Assembly: GCF_902652985.1 (NCBI RefSeq)
Contig: NC_047016.1
Location: forward strand, 7,192,001 to 7,256,000
DNA length: 64,000 nt
Direction of reading: 5' to 3'
From: Pecten maximus
Lineage: Eukaryota
Positions within the stretch are counted from its first letter, which is position 1. Each line of letters opens with the position of its first letter. Positions 47,691 to 61,778 of the stretch are shown here, one piece after another. The translations under genes and the position numbers were made by a program. The notes under the pieces were generated by a model. It was not told the origin of the DNA. It did no database searches and saw only the letters and a list, made by a program, of their open reading frames with translations.

Positions 47691-50396
47691 GATAACCACA
47701 TGACAGGACCGTTAGTCCTGAGCTATGTTGGGATGAAGTGCTACAAGGAATAAGTGCATTGAAACTGACGATCTGGAGCTTTTTTTATGTCAATTTGATT
47801 AAATGTGTTAAAATATTGATATGTCTTTAAATGAATCTTTAAGTATATGTTCCTAAATACCACATACCATGGTTACGATATTGGATATGTAGCAGTTACT
47901 GAAAAAAGATGTCTTTAATCACGAACAGCACCTTTGTATAATCTAGAATAATTTGCGTCAATGTGGAATTCTATTAGACAGGAACTTTTAGTTAAATGCC
48001 ATCAAAATATAATACGACTTTCATAATCATGTACATGACATGGACATGTCGTCGATAGCAAGAACACAGCATCCCAATTAAAGAAATAGTTAGGCATATG
48101 TATTACTCTATGTGAAAGAATGTCAGTCGTTGATTTTGAAACCGAAACCTACACGTTCCGATAATTACTTGTGTAAACCGCGTTTATTTCGAAATACCAC
48201 CATACATGATCATTTCGTATGTATAACATCTGGCCTTGACATGATGATGCTCCCGAATTTAAAACCGTAATGAATTGGATTAAACCGGTTTCATCCGGAT
48301 TACTTGGCCCATTGTTAACGTAAAGGAATATATTTGAAAGTTGTTGTTACTGCGGCATAACATGATTCTCCGTGACTTTGAAAGTATAATTAAAACGGTG
48401 TGTGCGGTGTTTTAAGTGTATGCAAGGGTTTAAAAGTATGTTGGAAGAGGGATGGCTATTGCTCGGGACATTTGATTATCGGCAACACGATATGTGTATG
48501 TGTGTGCAGTTGCATATTTATATTCCTCTGCAAGTCATTACATTTATGTAAAAGACCGCTGTATAGCTCACTCATATGGTAATTTCCGTTGAATGTCAGC
48601 TTGTTAGATGAGAGGCTGCTAGATAAAACCCAGGTGTGGGACAGACTATTTCTCGTGTCTCCTTCGTGTTGCAGATTTGGTGCCGCTGACCATCATACGC
48701 GTAAATTATAGGAGAAACACGAGTTACTACTGGAGGAGGGATTTGTGTCAAAGTTGAGCGTATTGGCCATGTTACTGTACCGGTTGAGGCCAGCTGGGGG
48801 ATAAGGATGTCAATATATGTTTTATTACTCATTCGTATTACAGTAAACACGACTCGAATATTGTTATGAATGCAATGGGTCAGTGTACACGTAGGTTTTT
48901 AATAAAAGATAAAGTTTCCCTAATCCAGCAAATTGCTCTGACAAAAGATACTATGACCAGCCTACTTAACAGTTATTCAGGAAGCAATGTTGATCCTTAT
49001 TTTCATAAAGCGATATAAGCTATCTGATATAGCATATCTTATTGTATATAAGATATCGTATTAACTTCATCAGATATTTCATTTGATTCAGACATAGTTA
49101 TTGTTAACATTATACGGATTGGACGCAAGTTAGAACGAATTATCTACGTCCTCTCCCGATACACGTATACATTTACAAATGTACATACTAGACGATTAGT
49201 GATACCATGAAATCAGGCATATTTCTACAATAATACAATATATATTGTATGTTACTATCAAAATATGTTCATGATCTTATAAATAATTGCACATGTCTAA
49301 AAAACATTAGAATTAAGCTCCATAGTAAGATGGAAGTTTTGTAAACAAAATTGTTTCCAAATTAAAAACAACATTTTAAATAGTTTGAAATTTCAAATGG
49401 AAGTATCGCTTCATTTATAAAAAGACGACGTTCTAGAAATAGTAAAAGACATTCTCATAAGAGTTACACGTTTCACACGTGTATGCATTATTTACAAGGT
49501 TTGTCCTAAATTATCACAATTAAGTGAACTACATTGGTAAAATGATCACTGATGAAATGAGATAAGTAATTTCATACCACATGATATACGTTTAAGATAT
49601 TTTATATCATAACATATATGGCAATTTAATTGATTGTACTTAACCCCACACGTGATTAGCACCTTAACATACTAACCGGGTGATTTATGGACTATAGGCT
49701 GAATCGTCAATATCTAACTGCATTTCATAAACTCGTTACATGCAGTTCAAGTTAAGTTCAAGTTCTTTATTACTTTAAGCATTTCGGCTCATCCGTAGAC
49801 ATGTGAATATTCATATTATAACAAAATCATTGATCACTTTCGCACCACACCCACATCGACACATGAACGCGATATATAACGTTTACATACATGTATATAC
49901 ATTGAATTTCAACTTCACCAAACCTTAAGGTACAGACAATAAACAAAGCCTTTGTTAAATGTCACTGAGATGCACACATGTACACCACATACAGTATCAA
50001 ACTCATTGTCGACGTTTGTATTCGAAACCAGTTATGACTGGTTATCTCTAGTCTCGGCAAACAATGTGAATACTAACTAACTATGTATATGGGCTGGAGT
50101 ATAAAATGATAGAACGTATTGTGTCTGGCTCAAACTCTCATCGCTACAGCTAAAGGTGCGTCCACTATATTAAGGCAATGCATAACGCTGTTAGAAAAGA
50201 AACGTTTTAATTAATGTGGTAGAATTTATATGACTGTCGATTATATAACCGATGTGGAAACTTACCAATGATTTCCTTTAATTATCTATGTGTATCAACT
50301 AATATTTATTTGTAAATAATTTACATGCGGGTTTTGTCGCCTAAATATCAAATATACATAGAAATTTCCAATTTTTCAAAAATTGTCAGATTGGTC

Positions 50397-53300
50397 ATGG
50401 AGGAAGTGAAACCATTATTGCATGTGAAGCCCAGAACGTACGTCCGCCGATGGTGGGTTCTCTGTTACTTCAGCTTGGCATGTATGTTTACCACCTGTAG
50501 CTGGAATTCATGGGGACCAATCACAGAGTCCGTTAAATACGGGTTCGGATGGGGCGACTCCGTTATAGCGGATATCCTTAATATCGGACGGCTGGCAATG
50601 TTTTTATGTATCATTCCACTGAGTTACCTGCTTGACACGAAAGGTAAGCACCATCTAGGGGTTGATTTCTGATATATTCAATGTACCTATTTGAAAAATA
50701 AGAAATGTCTATTAAGAATTTGAATGACGCATTCGTCCTCTTTTATCCATTAAGATAATACTTCAAACTGGTATCTTTAATGCCTGAAGCATTTGGGACT
50801 TTTCGCACTTTTGAAGAGAATCTTTGATATTTTTTCTTTTGTACACTAAATTCATAGCAGCTATAAGATATTAACATGGTGATCTGGGGTTTGTTTACAT
50901 TGACGGGTTTACGATAGTGTAACGTATTTCCCCTACAATAATTGTTACTCACTTTACATGGATTACATTTTAAATTTTTTCACTAAAAGGAATCCGCCAT
51001 GGCATGGTAACAAGTAACGCTCTTTTGCTGGTGGGATACGTATTACGCTGTCTCATCAATCAAACAACATCCACGTGGTACGTACATGGTACATATTCAG
51101 ACGAAGTAAAACATATTGGAACATTAAGGGTAGGTTTCAACATACTATTTACGTTTATAAAGACTTCTAAAGTTTTTCCCTGAAAAGTAAATGTTTGAAC
51201 GTGACTTGGTCCGTGTAGCACTTAACAATTCAAAATTCTAAAATGTTTAAAGTTTTAGATTTTTGACCAAAAACCTAAAATTTCAAATTTTAAAACAAAA
51301 ATGAGTTTTTTAGTTTTTCTAAAAACTCAAAACAGTTTTGAAAGTTGAAACTTTAGAATTTTGGTCAAAAATCTAAAATCTTAAAACTCATTTTTGTTTT
51401 GAAATTTGATAGTTTAGGTTTTTGGTCGGGGGTTGGGGGGGTTGGGGGATGTTTTTTTGATCATTTAAATGTACAATGTATGGAATTATAAATTCGTTTC
51501 TGACTGTGGGAGTATTGTTTGTGATGTCCTTAACATTTTATGGGTTGGTTGACGTTGTTACGTAATTAATACTAGATAAACTATTTTGTTTTTTGAACCA
51601 CACAACATCTTGTATACCTATCTTAAGTAATGGTGTGACCGCCACTCTAGCTGGCATCGTAACTTTTTAACAACACAATCAAATATAACTTATATACCTA
51701 GTTTCCATCCACCCAGATTAGTGATGTTACTATATTGTATAGTAGCATAGCCTAGCCACTACCTAACAGGACTGAGAACTAAAAACGAGGTTTAATTGAT
51801 TGTAATTGTGTGACGTAGGCCGGCGTTACTTGGACAATTTATGATTGGTTGCGGAAATGTGATAGGATACAGTGGACCGTCAGCTATGTCGGTGGTATGG
51901 TTTCCACATAACGAGCGAGCCACAGCCACCTCTATAGCAGTAATGAGTACATACATTGGCCTCGGAGTCGCCTATGTCATTAGTAAGGAGCAGCTATCTT
52001 TGCATTATAAAGAAATATTTATTTGTCAGTATGGTATTAATTTTTTGTCAGATTGTATGAAGTACTTTGAACTATAATATGTAATTGATGTTTATGTAAT
52101 TGGTGTTTGCCTTGATCTAGTAACATTCTGCTGTAATCGTGTATTGATGGATAACAATACTGTGCGTTCTTATGATATATCATATATCGAGATAAACGTT
52201 CTTGTCATGGTGTTATCAGAAACATGTAAATGAAAACGACAAAGAAAAATTGATGAAATATAGCTCCATTTTAACACAGAAACCAAACATTGTATATAAG
52301 TTTTGTTTAAATGGTTACACCTTTCTCCTAGATCCTCTACTGGTATCGACACCTATATTTGGTCAGGAGGCGACCCCATACCGAAACGTCAGTCATCGGT
52401 AAGTCTGTTGTAATTAAAAACACAATAGAGTGCAATAAATACACATGTACAAAACCAGACAACATTCTATAGTTTCTTTTTCCGCAACAGTCCTGCTATA
52501 CCGATTTCGTATTTTCCCTGAAATGAAAAACGGACACGGTGCCCCCCCCCCCCCTCTTTTTTTTATAAATAACTTTATTTAGACCTGTTTTGAACATAAA
52601 CGGAATGATTCTGATGATTTGTGTGTATCTAAAAAGAATTGATACCGATATGTGTTGACGTTTTCTGAATCGGTCAATTTACGATCGATGCTTTACAGTT
52701 CTATCGATGTTCTTTGTAACTATTAAAGTGTCTGACTTGCAGCGGACGTATAAACTATACCGATCATGACCTTAGTCTCGCCGCTAACAATGGTAGCATT
52801 AGCAATGTTGGTATGTATTAGCATGCGACTAACTACATTCAGTTAAAACTTATTGGTCTTCAATATTTTTGTTTGAATAGTCTTCAGAAGGCTGATGGGA
52901 ACCAGGGGAACAAAATGTGTCCCTTTCTTGACAAATTTATCAAAACAGATTGCATAATATACTGTCTGAATGTGATATAATGGACACTGCAGACTTATCA
53001 GCATCGGCTGCTTTTTGTGATCAATACAAGAACGGCTAATGTATTTTCGATTATACTATTGTGACCTGTTTCTTTCTTCATTACAGCTTTTACATTTTGA
53101 TATAAGATAGCAATGTAAAACAAAATACAAATTTCCATCGCTTTTTTATTTCAGTTTTGAACAAAAACACCATACAAGAGGAGACAATGACCTTGATGTA
53201 CATAGGTAAACGCTTCTGGACAAATTTATATAATACGTGTATAGAAATATATTTGCATTTCCGGTGTGTTCGTTATATAACCTTACTAAAAACATCGTTT

Positions 53301-56300
53301 CAGACCTGACTTGACGTTTTCAATCAAATATTAATGGCTATGGAAGAATTAACTAAAATATAACGATGAAATATTTAAATTATCTTAGATGAATCTAATT
53401 TCTTTTTTTCTTTTGCTATTTGAAATCTGATATATCATACCCAAGTCAGTAAAAAAACAAAAATTACAAAGTCGTTTTCATGGTATCCGCTCTATAATGT
53501 TTTACTTTTGTTTTTGTATTTAAAGATATTGTAACATTTAAAATGTCTGTAAAGAATGTAGTTTACACGCCAGTAAACGATAAAAAACAATTATTCCTGA
53601 AATAAACTCGAAAGCGTTATTCTTATAGACAATTCTTAAGATTGTTAATTTTTGCTCATTCTGTTAATATACAATGTACTTATATTCCAAAGTATATAAA
53701 AACTTACCTCCACTTTATCACCCCATGAAATAAAATAATTAACAGTTTCTCTTAATTTGTAAATTGAATTTGTTAATACACAACAGAAACTATTTCTGCT
53801 ATATGACCAGGACAGTTTTGGTATTTAGTACACATATTCATACATGTTCCTTCATACGTTTTGTGCAATTGCAGGACAAATATTGCGCCGTTGATCTTAT
53901 TATATGCTTCAATACGCCATAGATCTTGGTTAGGTTATGTTTTATTCACATTGTATTTTGAACGCCTGTTCTTTCGATGGGTACATCTATTGAGTTTAGT
54001 TTGTACAGACGGAAACATTCCATAATGCGTTTTTTAAGTACATACATCTATGTATAGCTAGTAGAGACCAATTTAAACAGGAATGTTTTATTGAGAAAAG
54101 AGCTGAACTGTACGTTTTAAATATAATAACTACTCCGCTTATTTTATTATGTTTACAGAAACGGGGATAACAGCAGTGTTCGTGCTAGTAGGCATAGTTC
54201 TTGTTCCAAATGCCCCGCCAACTCCTCCTTCTCATAGTGCCAATGCAGCAAGAATGGCATACACCAAGGTGTTCTTACACCTCATTAGGTATACATACTA
54301 GTATTTACATATTTATTCATAAACAATATACATTTCAAAGAGGGAGGATTTTTGGATTCTCTGTTTCTTTCACAGTTGAAGTGTGTAATGACAAAATCGA
54401 AGGCTCTCTACATATTAGTGGTACTCTGACCCAGAACAGTCATACGGCAACATTAAGGAAACTTCAAAAGTGATTATCTGTCTTACGAATGCTCGTTTTT
54501 TTTTTCTGAAGCCAGTCAAATGTGTAGTTGTGAGTCTTGGACTTTGTCACGATATGCTTGAAGTGTAGAGAAAAGGGCTTGAATCAAAATTAGCCTTAAC
54601 AGATATATAGAAATCGGAAGATCATTAACCCGTTGACTTAATCCATTAGGTAAATTTGGACAATTGTTAAGAGAAAGGCGGCATATTAATGTGTTACAGC
54701 TGTTAAATAATGTTGGATAGTGGACTGTAAGTCCCGAGTACATATTCTGTCAAATCATCAAGTTTTCTCAAATTACGCAATAAAGGGATGATACGGTTCC
54801 TTTCTTATTTTGAATATCTGTTTTGGTCACTTATATCTAAACTTTAGGCCCCAGTATCATGTCCAGTAAGAAGGACGTAATAGCTGCAGAATGCAGTTTT
54901 ATATCCATTATTATGCATATACTACTAGTATATATATATTACGGATTTCATATTTAAGGCGCTATTCCCTTGAATGCTTCTTGTACAATCCATTTTGTTT
55001 TACCACTGATTTAATCATTTAAACTTAGCAAAGATTGAAAGCTCTGAAATCTCCCTCACCGATGTTATATCCCCCTAAAAAAATAATAATAAAAAAATTA
55101 AAAAAATACAAAAAATAAATGAAAAAGCAATATGTAAAGTAATGTTTATTGATGGTACATGTTATCTTTTGAATTCTTTCTCTCGTCGAGCTAAACAAAA
55201 ACCAATCGGCCATCTTATCATCATTGGTGAAAGGATGTGTGTATCGAATACATGGGGAAACCCATGCAAGAATCATTCATATCAAATTGGTCCATTCCCC
55301 TAACTGTAGACATAAGTAATGAAAAAAGATTCCAAACGAAATACTGTTTTGCTAAATGTTTGTATTCAGGAGTGGTTTTCTATGTCTCCTTGTGGTGTAC
55401 ACTGGCATGATGATTGGCATGTATTCTACGTGGGTAGTCATATTTGGAATAACGTTCGAACACCTCGGTATCACCCAGGTAACCAAAACTGGCCACGCCA
55501 TGGTCTATTCTAAATCTGATTATGCATACATATGTAATCATTAGTCTGTTTGTAGTTTGAATCATGATTATAATTAATTAATGCAAATCTATTTTTAATA
55601 CATATGAGTGTCGCATGCTTTATATAATCCTATCAATAATCCTATCATCACATTATAATATAATTAACTTAATAAAACAATAAGGTTTGCATGAATCATT
55701 CAAAAATAATAACTTCCATAAATCAACATTTTTGAAAAATATATTCCATTCAAATCCAAATGAAACTAAACTGACAGGTCTAATGAAATGATTTCTAAAT
55801 GGCTTATCTTTTTTCGGAAAAAAACTCTTCTACTTTAATTACGTGTATGTAATATAATTTCATAAATATCATTTTATTGCACCTTGATTGGTTAAATGTT
55901 CCTTATGCAATACATTTCCATATGTCCAAATATCCATATAATACAGTGTGTATAGCAAAAAAGTCAATATTTAGTAATATACATTGTTCCCAATAAAGAG
56001 CCAGATTTCCACCAATTTGTCGAATCAGGCGATCGGTTGTTTTGTCTTTATGGACACATTGCTCTCGCGTGCTTATTAGCTCACCTGGTCCGAAGGACCA
56101 AGGTGAGCTTATGCCATACCGTTGCGTCCGTCGTCCGTCCGTCTGTCGTCTGTCGTCTGTCGTCCGTCCGTCCGTCAACAATTGACTTCTTCTCCATAAC
56201 CACTGATTAGAATTTGACCAAATTTTGTCAGAAGCATCCCTATGGGGTATGGACTCAAAATTGTACAAATGGTGGTGCTGAGGGGCGGGGCAAAAAGGGG

Positions 56301-59300
56301 TCAATTTGGCTCTATTAATATAAACGACTTCTTCTCTGAATACAAGCAAAGGATATTGGTCCTATTTGCCTGGTAGTATCACTGTGGGGTAAGGATTCAA
56401 AATTGTACAAATGGTGGGGCTGACCCCCTGGGGGCCTGAGGGGCGGGGCCAAAATGGGTCAATATACCTATATTGATATTAACGACTTCTTCTCTGAAAC
56501 CAAGCAATGGATATTGCTCATATTTGCCTGGTAGCATCACTATGGGGTGGGGATTCAAAATTGTACAAATGATTGGGCTGACCCCCTGGGGGCCTGAGGG
56601 GCAGGGCCAAATGTGTTCAATTGGGCTATATTGATATAAACGACTTCTTCTCTGAAACTGAGCAATGGATATTGCTCACATTTGCCTGGTAGCATCACTA
56701 TTGGGAGGGGACTCAAAATTGTACAAATGGTGAGGCTGACCCCACGGGGGCCTGAGGGGCGGGGCCAAGAGGGGTCAATTGGGCTATATTGATATAAACG
56801 ACTTCTTCTCTGAAACCAAGCAATGGATATTGCTCATATTTGCCTGGTAGCATCCCTATGGGTTGGAGATTCAAAATTTTACAAATGATGGGGCTGACCC
56901 CCTTGGGGCCTGAGGGGCGGGGCCAAATGTGGTCAATTGGGCTATATTGATATAAACAACTTCTTCTCTGAAACCGAGCAATGAATATTGCTCATATTTG
57001 CCTGGTAGCATCACTATTGGGTGGGGATTAAAAATTGTACAAATGTTGAGGCTGACCCCACGGGGGCCTGAGGGGCGGGGCCAAGAGGGGTCAATTTGGC
57101 TAAATTGATATGAACAACTTCTCCTCTGAAACCAAGCAATAGATATTGCTCATATTTGACTGAGAGCATCCCTTTGGGGTTCGGATTCAAAATTGTACAA
57201 ATAGTGGGGCTGATCCTGACCTCCCTTGGGGCTGAGAGGCGGGGCCAAAAGGGGTCATTTTGGCAGAATTTACATAAACAACTTTTTCTCCGAAACTAAG
57301 CAATGGATATCTCTAATATTTGACCGGTAGCATTCCCTTGGGTTAAGGATTCAAAATTAAACAAACGACGGGGCCAACCCCCTTGGAGCTGAAGGGCGGG
57401 GCCAAAAGGGGTCAATTGGTTAAATTGATACAAACAACATCTTCTCTGAAACTAAGCAATGGATATCACTCATTTGTATGGTAGCATGGTCATGGGGTGG
57501 GGATTCAAAATTGTACAAATTTTCGGGTTGACCCCACCAGGGATCTGAGGGGTGGGGCCAAAAGGGGTCAATTTGGCTAAATTGATATGAACAACCTCTT
57601 CTCTGAAACAGCTCATATTTGACTGGTAGCATCCTTTTGGGTAAGGATTCAAAATTTTATAAAAGAAGGAACTGACCCCCCGGGGTGCAGAGGGCGGGGT
57701 CAAAAGGGGTCATTTAATTTAAACAACTTCTTTTCTGAAACTAAGCCATGGATATCACTCACATTTGTGTGGTAGCATCCCTATGGGGTTGCGCCAAAAG
57801 TCAGTTTCATTTCATGGATTAATGCATTTTTTGACATAAAAACCTCACATACCCATATAAAATGCCTATAATATATTGACATAAGAATACCAGTGACAAA
57901 TATACTTAATCATCATTCTTGTTTCATATCTCATGAAATCTAGGTGAGCGATACAGGCCCTCTGGGCCTCTTGTTAACTTTTACGTGGTTATAGCTAATT
58001 TGTCTTATCTTAATATACGTTTTGAATTAAACTAACATTACAGTTTAAAATCGAATTAATCTCTGTGGCGTTTGCGGCCATGCAATATAATTAACTGTGG
58101 TAGTCATACAGATATATACAGTATATTAGCTTCTCCTCCCCTCAAACGAGTACATCAACACAGAATTTGGTACTTCCATTCTAACTGGATGAAATAATTT
58201 TGATATTGTTTTTTAAATATCATTTCAAAGAAACTTTGTTGGATGCAATCAAATTGCTATATTTTCCAATACCATCTATGATGTACACATTCTATATGCA
58301 TACATGGTATTCTGTTTACTTATCTAATAACGAACGGAAAACAATAAATAATGGTTGTCAGGCATTATCATTATTTTACATTATTTTGTGTAATATATGC
58401 AGAAAGAAGCTGGATGGCTTGGGTTTGCTAGTCTCATAGCAAGCAGTGTCGTGGGATTTATAAGTGCAAGGTAGGTGTTGTTTGTATCTTACATATCAAT
58501 ACAGGATGAGTGAGACACTTCAAATGTTACATGAAAACCTGACATACGATATGCATTGCCCGAAAATTATATTCAATTACATATTAAATGATTATGATTT
58601 TACAAATAGATCGACGGACGTTTGCAACTAAAAAAAATATATTCATGGTCATTTACTATAGCGCGAAAATACATATATGTCAGTGTTACATGTATAATGT
58701 TTACAACACCGCTATAGTTCCTCCTGGTATAACCCTAAGATTTAGTAATTTACAGCACTTATGTTTCTGTAGGTTTTCTGACGTGTGTGCTCGGAGGTTG
58801 AAGACGATCTTGATGATCATGTTGGTTATCGCTAGTCTCATGTACCTGTGGGTTTCCTTGTTATGTAGTCAGTACATCGACTATAGTAAAGGTAACGGCG
58901 GGCATGTGTTCTAAAATACCACCAGCTCGTAAAGCATGCACTACATGTGACGCTTGAACAGTACATTGAATATGTAAATTGTTGATATGCGCTAAGCGTT
59001 AAACAATATATATGGTATAAGAATTTGTTTTGAATGTGACGTTGTCTTAATGATTATAGTTTACAACATGAAAGCTTTCGTTAAAAAAATCATAAAAGTT
59101 TTGATTTCTTTTACTTTCTCATATCTCACCTCATGTGTAATATGATGGATTACACAGCATTCTATGATGTAACAGCAGAAACGTATTTCGTCTTCAACAG
59201 TAACAAATATAAATCATCGATAAAGTTCGGTTCCGTTAATGAGAGACTGAGTAATTTAATTTGTTATAAAATAAGACAAAATGAAAGTTCATAGAACAAA

Positions 59301-60934
59301 TACATGTATATCATTTAAGCATACATAATCTTAATGCAATATACCCACCCATTCAGAAAACCTTGACAAATACACTAAGGCTGTGAATCATTGACATTTC
59401 ACCAATTCTCTAGGCGATCACGGACGCACTATTTGATTTATAACATAACATGCGATTTGTGTATTGCTGTTTATCGAATATTAACACAAAGTATTATGCG
59501 ATAATTATCAATAATCTTAAAATTTTAAAATCTATTACACACTGATACACGAAAGCTTTTGATTCTGAAATCTGAGATAATAAGTTTTTCAGTAGATATA
59601 TATCTATCATATTTATCATTAACTTTGTTTCAGAACAATTATACGTGTCGACAATCCTAGCCTGTGCCTTCCTCAATGGCTGTGTACCTTTACTTTATGA
59701 ACAGATATGTAATGCTGCCTTCCCTATCCCAGAGGGAATCATTATTGGAATATCTGGCCTCATGACGATGTTAGGTGGCATATTTTATATGTTGCCAATC
59801 TCCCTCGTCCAGTTTGAAGGTAAGTAGTCTCCCTCTTGATGATTTAACTGAAATTGTTCATTTCCCGACGCTGTTACATTCGATTGGCTAAAATACAAAG
59901 CATAAATATATGAAGTTATACATGTTTGTCTACATAATAATGCTCGTGAACTATCTAATCATCTGACATGTCGAACACACGTTCCCACTCATCAGTTTGA
60001 CTCTCAAACTGCAAAGAATTCGGAACGACATAACGTCCTTTTCCAATTAGATTTGTTGTAAATTGCCATCAGGTACCGTTTAAGTTATCTGAATTAATGA
60101 ATTGATTAAACATTTATCATTTCAAGAAAGTTGAAACACTGTTATTCTAGGTTATCAAATTTTACGTATTTCAAACAAATTGCTAGCTTTGAATGTAAGT
60201 ATCGATTGCCTCGTCGAAGTAATTGATCTTCAACGTCCTTCAACGTTAACGTTTATGGGCGATGACATGTTTAGATTACAAATTTACCTGATTCTTTCTT
60301 TATGGAAGAGACTAACGAGTTTATGCATATCAAAATATGTAAGTTTTGAGTCGAAATGTATATTTGATAGTCAGGCACCAAGAAATACTATCTTTCTGTC
60401 CCTATCGATGCTACAATTTTGGTTGTGTATTGAAGATATATATATATATATTTGACCTGATGAACTTATTGATGTTTGTTGGATTATTTTTCAAGTGGGC
60501 CGAAAACTGATTTGGGAAATACAATTATTTCAAACAGAAAGAGAAATGCAATGGTGTCTTCGAGTTTTGGAATGTCCCAAATGGATGTATATGTCCAGGA
60601 CGTAAATAACTGTATTTCCAAACTCACCGACATCACAAGTCATTTTAAAGGGCGATTCCTTGTAACATTATAAGCGTACCGTATAAACTGGAGTCCTAAT
60701 TCGTGCGATGTTGTAATATTTGTATTGCTTATTTCAGATAACTCCTGGCTGGAATGGGCTATCCTAGTGGTATGTGTTGCCGGATGTATTGTTATACTTA
60801 TTATTCCTCAAAGGAACGGACGGGCCGATCTGGATGTGTCTATCCGTGTTTCTAAAACCGGCTATTATCAAAGACTAGAAACAGAACAAAAAGACTTACT
60901 TATCACAGAGCACAAAGTTCCAGAAAATACTTAA
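50397..60934 (+). CDS. SLC49A4: SLC49A4/DIRC2-like (FLVCR-related) MFS transporter, 12 coding exons, 497 aa
   Basis: Exons 50397-50643, 50990-51077, 51819-51982, 52332-52398, 52743-52810, 53155-53205, 54159-54288, 55370-55478, 58403-58470, 58773-58891, 59634-59819, 60738-60934, all GT-AG with matching phases. Motifs YVRRWWVL, WNSWGPI, WFPHNERATATSI, PPTPPS, AGWLGF, PLLYE...FPIPEG. N-terminal dileucine EVKPLL. The symbol denotes the family; this may be a paralog rather than the ortholog. Confidence 0.88.
51230..51430. repeat. AT-rich imperfect inverted repeat (foldback) in intron 2 of the SLC49A4-like gene
   Basis: gaccaaaaacctaaaatttcaaattttaaaacaaaaatgagtttt (~51265-51309) pairs with aaaactcatttttgttttgaaatttgatagtttaggtttttggtc (~51383-51427). 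Confidence 0.7.
56076..57975 (+). mobile_element. Intact HINE-like element with ~10 x 158-bp monomers in intron 8 of the SLC49A4-like gene
   Basis: Same termini as 43021-45181. The 158-bp period is seen at cttctctgaa 56331, 56489, 56647, 56805. Confidence 0.88.
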
Positions 60935-61714
60935 GTATGTCGAACGTGTATAAAATAAACTTTCTATTGAAAGCTGACATATTATAATGTATCACAAAAG
61001 ATGATGTTTGCCTTGAATCGTGTTTTATATTTGTTATGCTATATCTGTACATTATTTGTTGTTATTTATTGGATGTCATATAGAGCGTCAGTTATTTCTC
61101 ATGCATTTGAGTGGATTTTGTTTACTGTTTTGATGCCAATACATGTCCATGGTTTTCTTAAATGCGTTTTATCATGTTGTCTAAATAGTTAAATAAAAGT
61201 ATATCATCTAACTGTATCTTGCTTATATTTTCTTTGCACAATATATAAATAATTGCAAAAATCTAGAATATTGAAGATTTACGTAAAACAGCTGATCAAT
61301 GGAGTACTGACGTATTATCATATATCAGATCATTTTATAAGAGATATATTATCTAATTTTTGTTCGTCTTTCATCACGTGGTTCATCGTTATTTATATCG
61401 TCAGCATAGATCACAGCATACTAATGCCATACGGGTATACTGATGGAATAGGATATCAGTAATACGGTGCTATTAATAAGCTGATTGATATAGTTAATTA
61501 ACGTTTTGATAAATCTTAATTAAAGTCACCACTCTGGTATACTTACTGTGTTAAGGTACTAATATACAACAGCTTTTTAAGATTACACTATCAATATTGA
61601 CAAGCCACATCTGTGCACTCAAAGGATTTACCTCATACTTTATCATATCGGTTATAACACATAGCTATTCCTGTTATGACCAAGCACTGAGAAAAGTATG
61701 ACGTATCATCGGAT

Positions 61715-61778
61715 GCAAAGTCATATCGTCAGATACAAAGTCATATCGTCAGATACAAAGTCATATCGCCAGATACGG
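61715..61778. repeat. 20-bp tandem repeat, about 3 copies
   Basis: caaagtcatatcgtcagata repeated. Confidence 0.75.

Noticed and set aside
48596-48850. 84-aa minus-strand ORF
   Set aside because: No recognisable domain, no supporting exons and a non-ATG start.
52-60934. Operon-like functional cluster of MCT, PLAATs and SLC49A4-like
   Set aside because: There is no evidence beyond proximity, and gene neighbourhood in animal genomes rarely implies a shared pathway.
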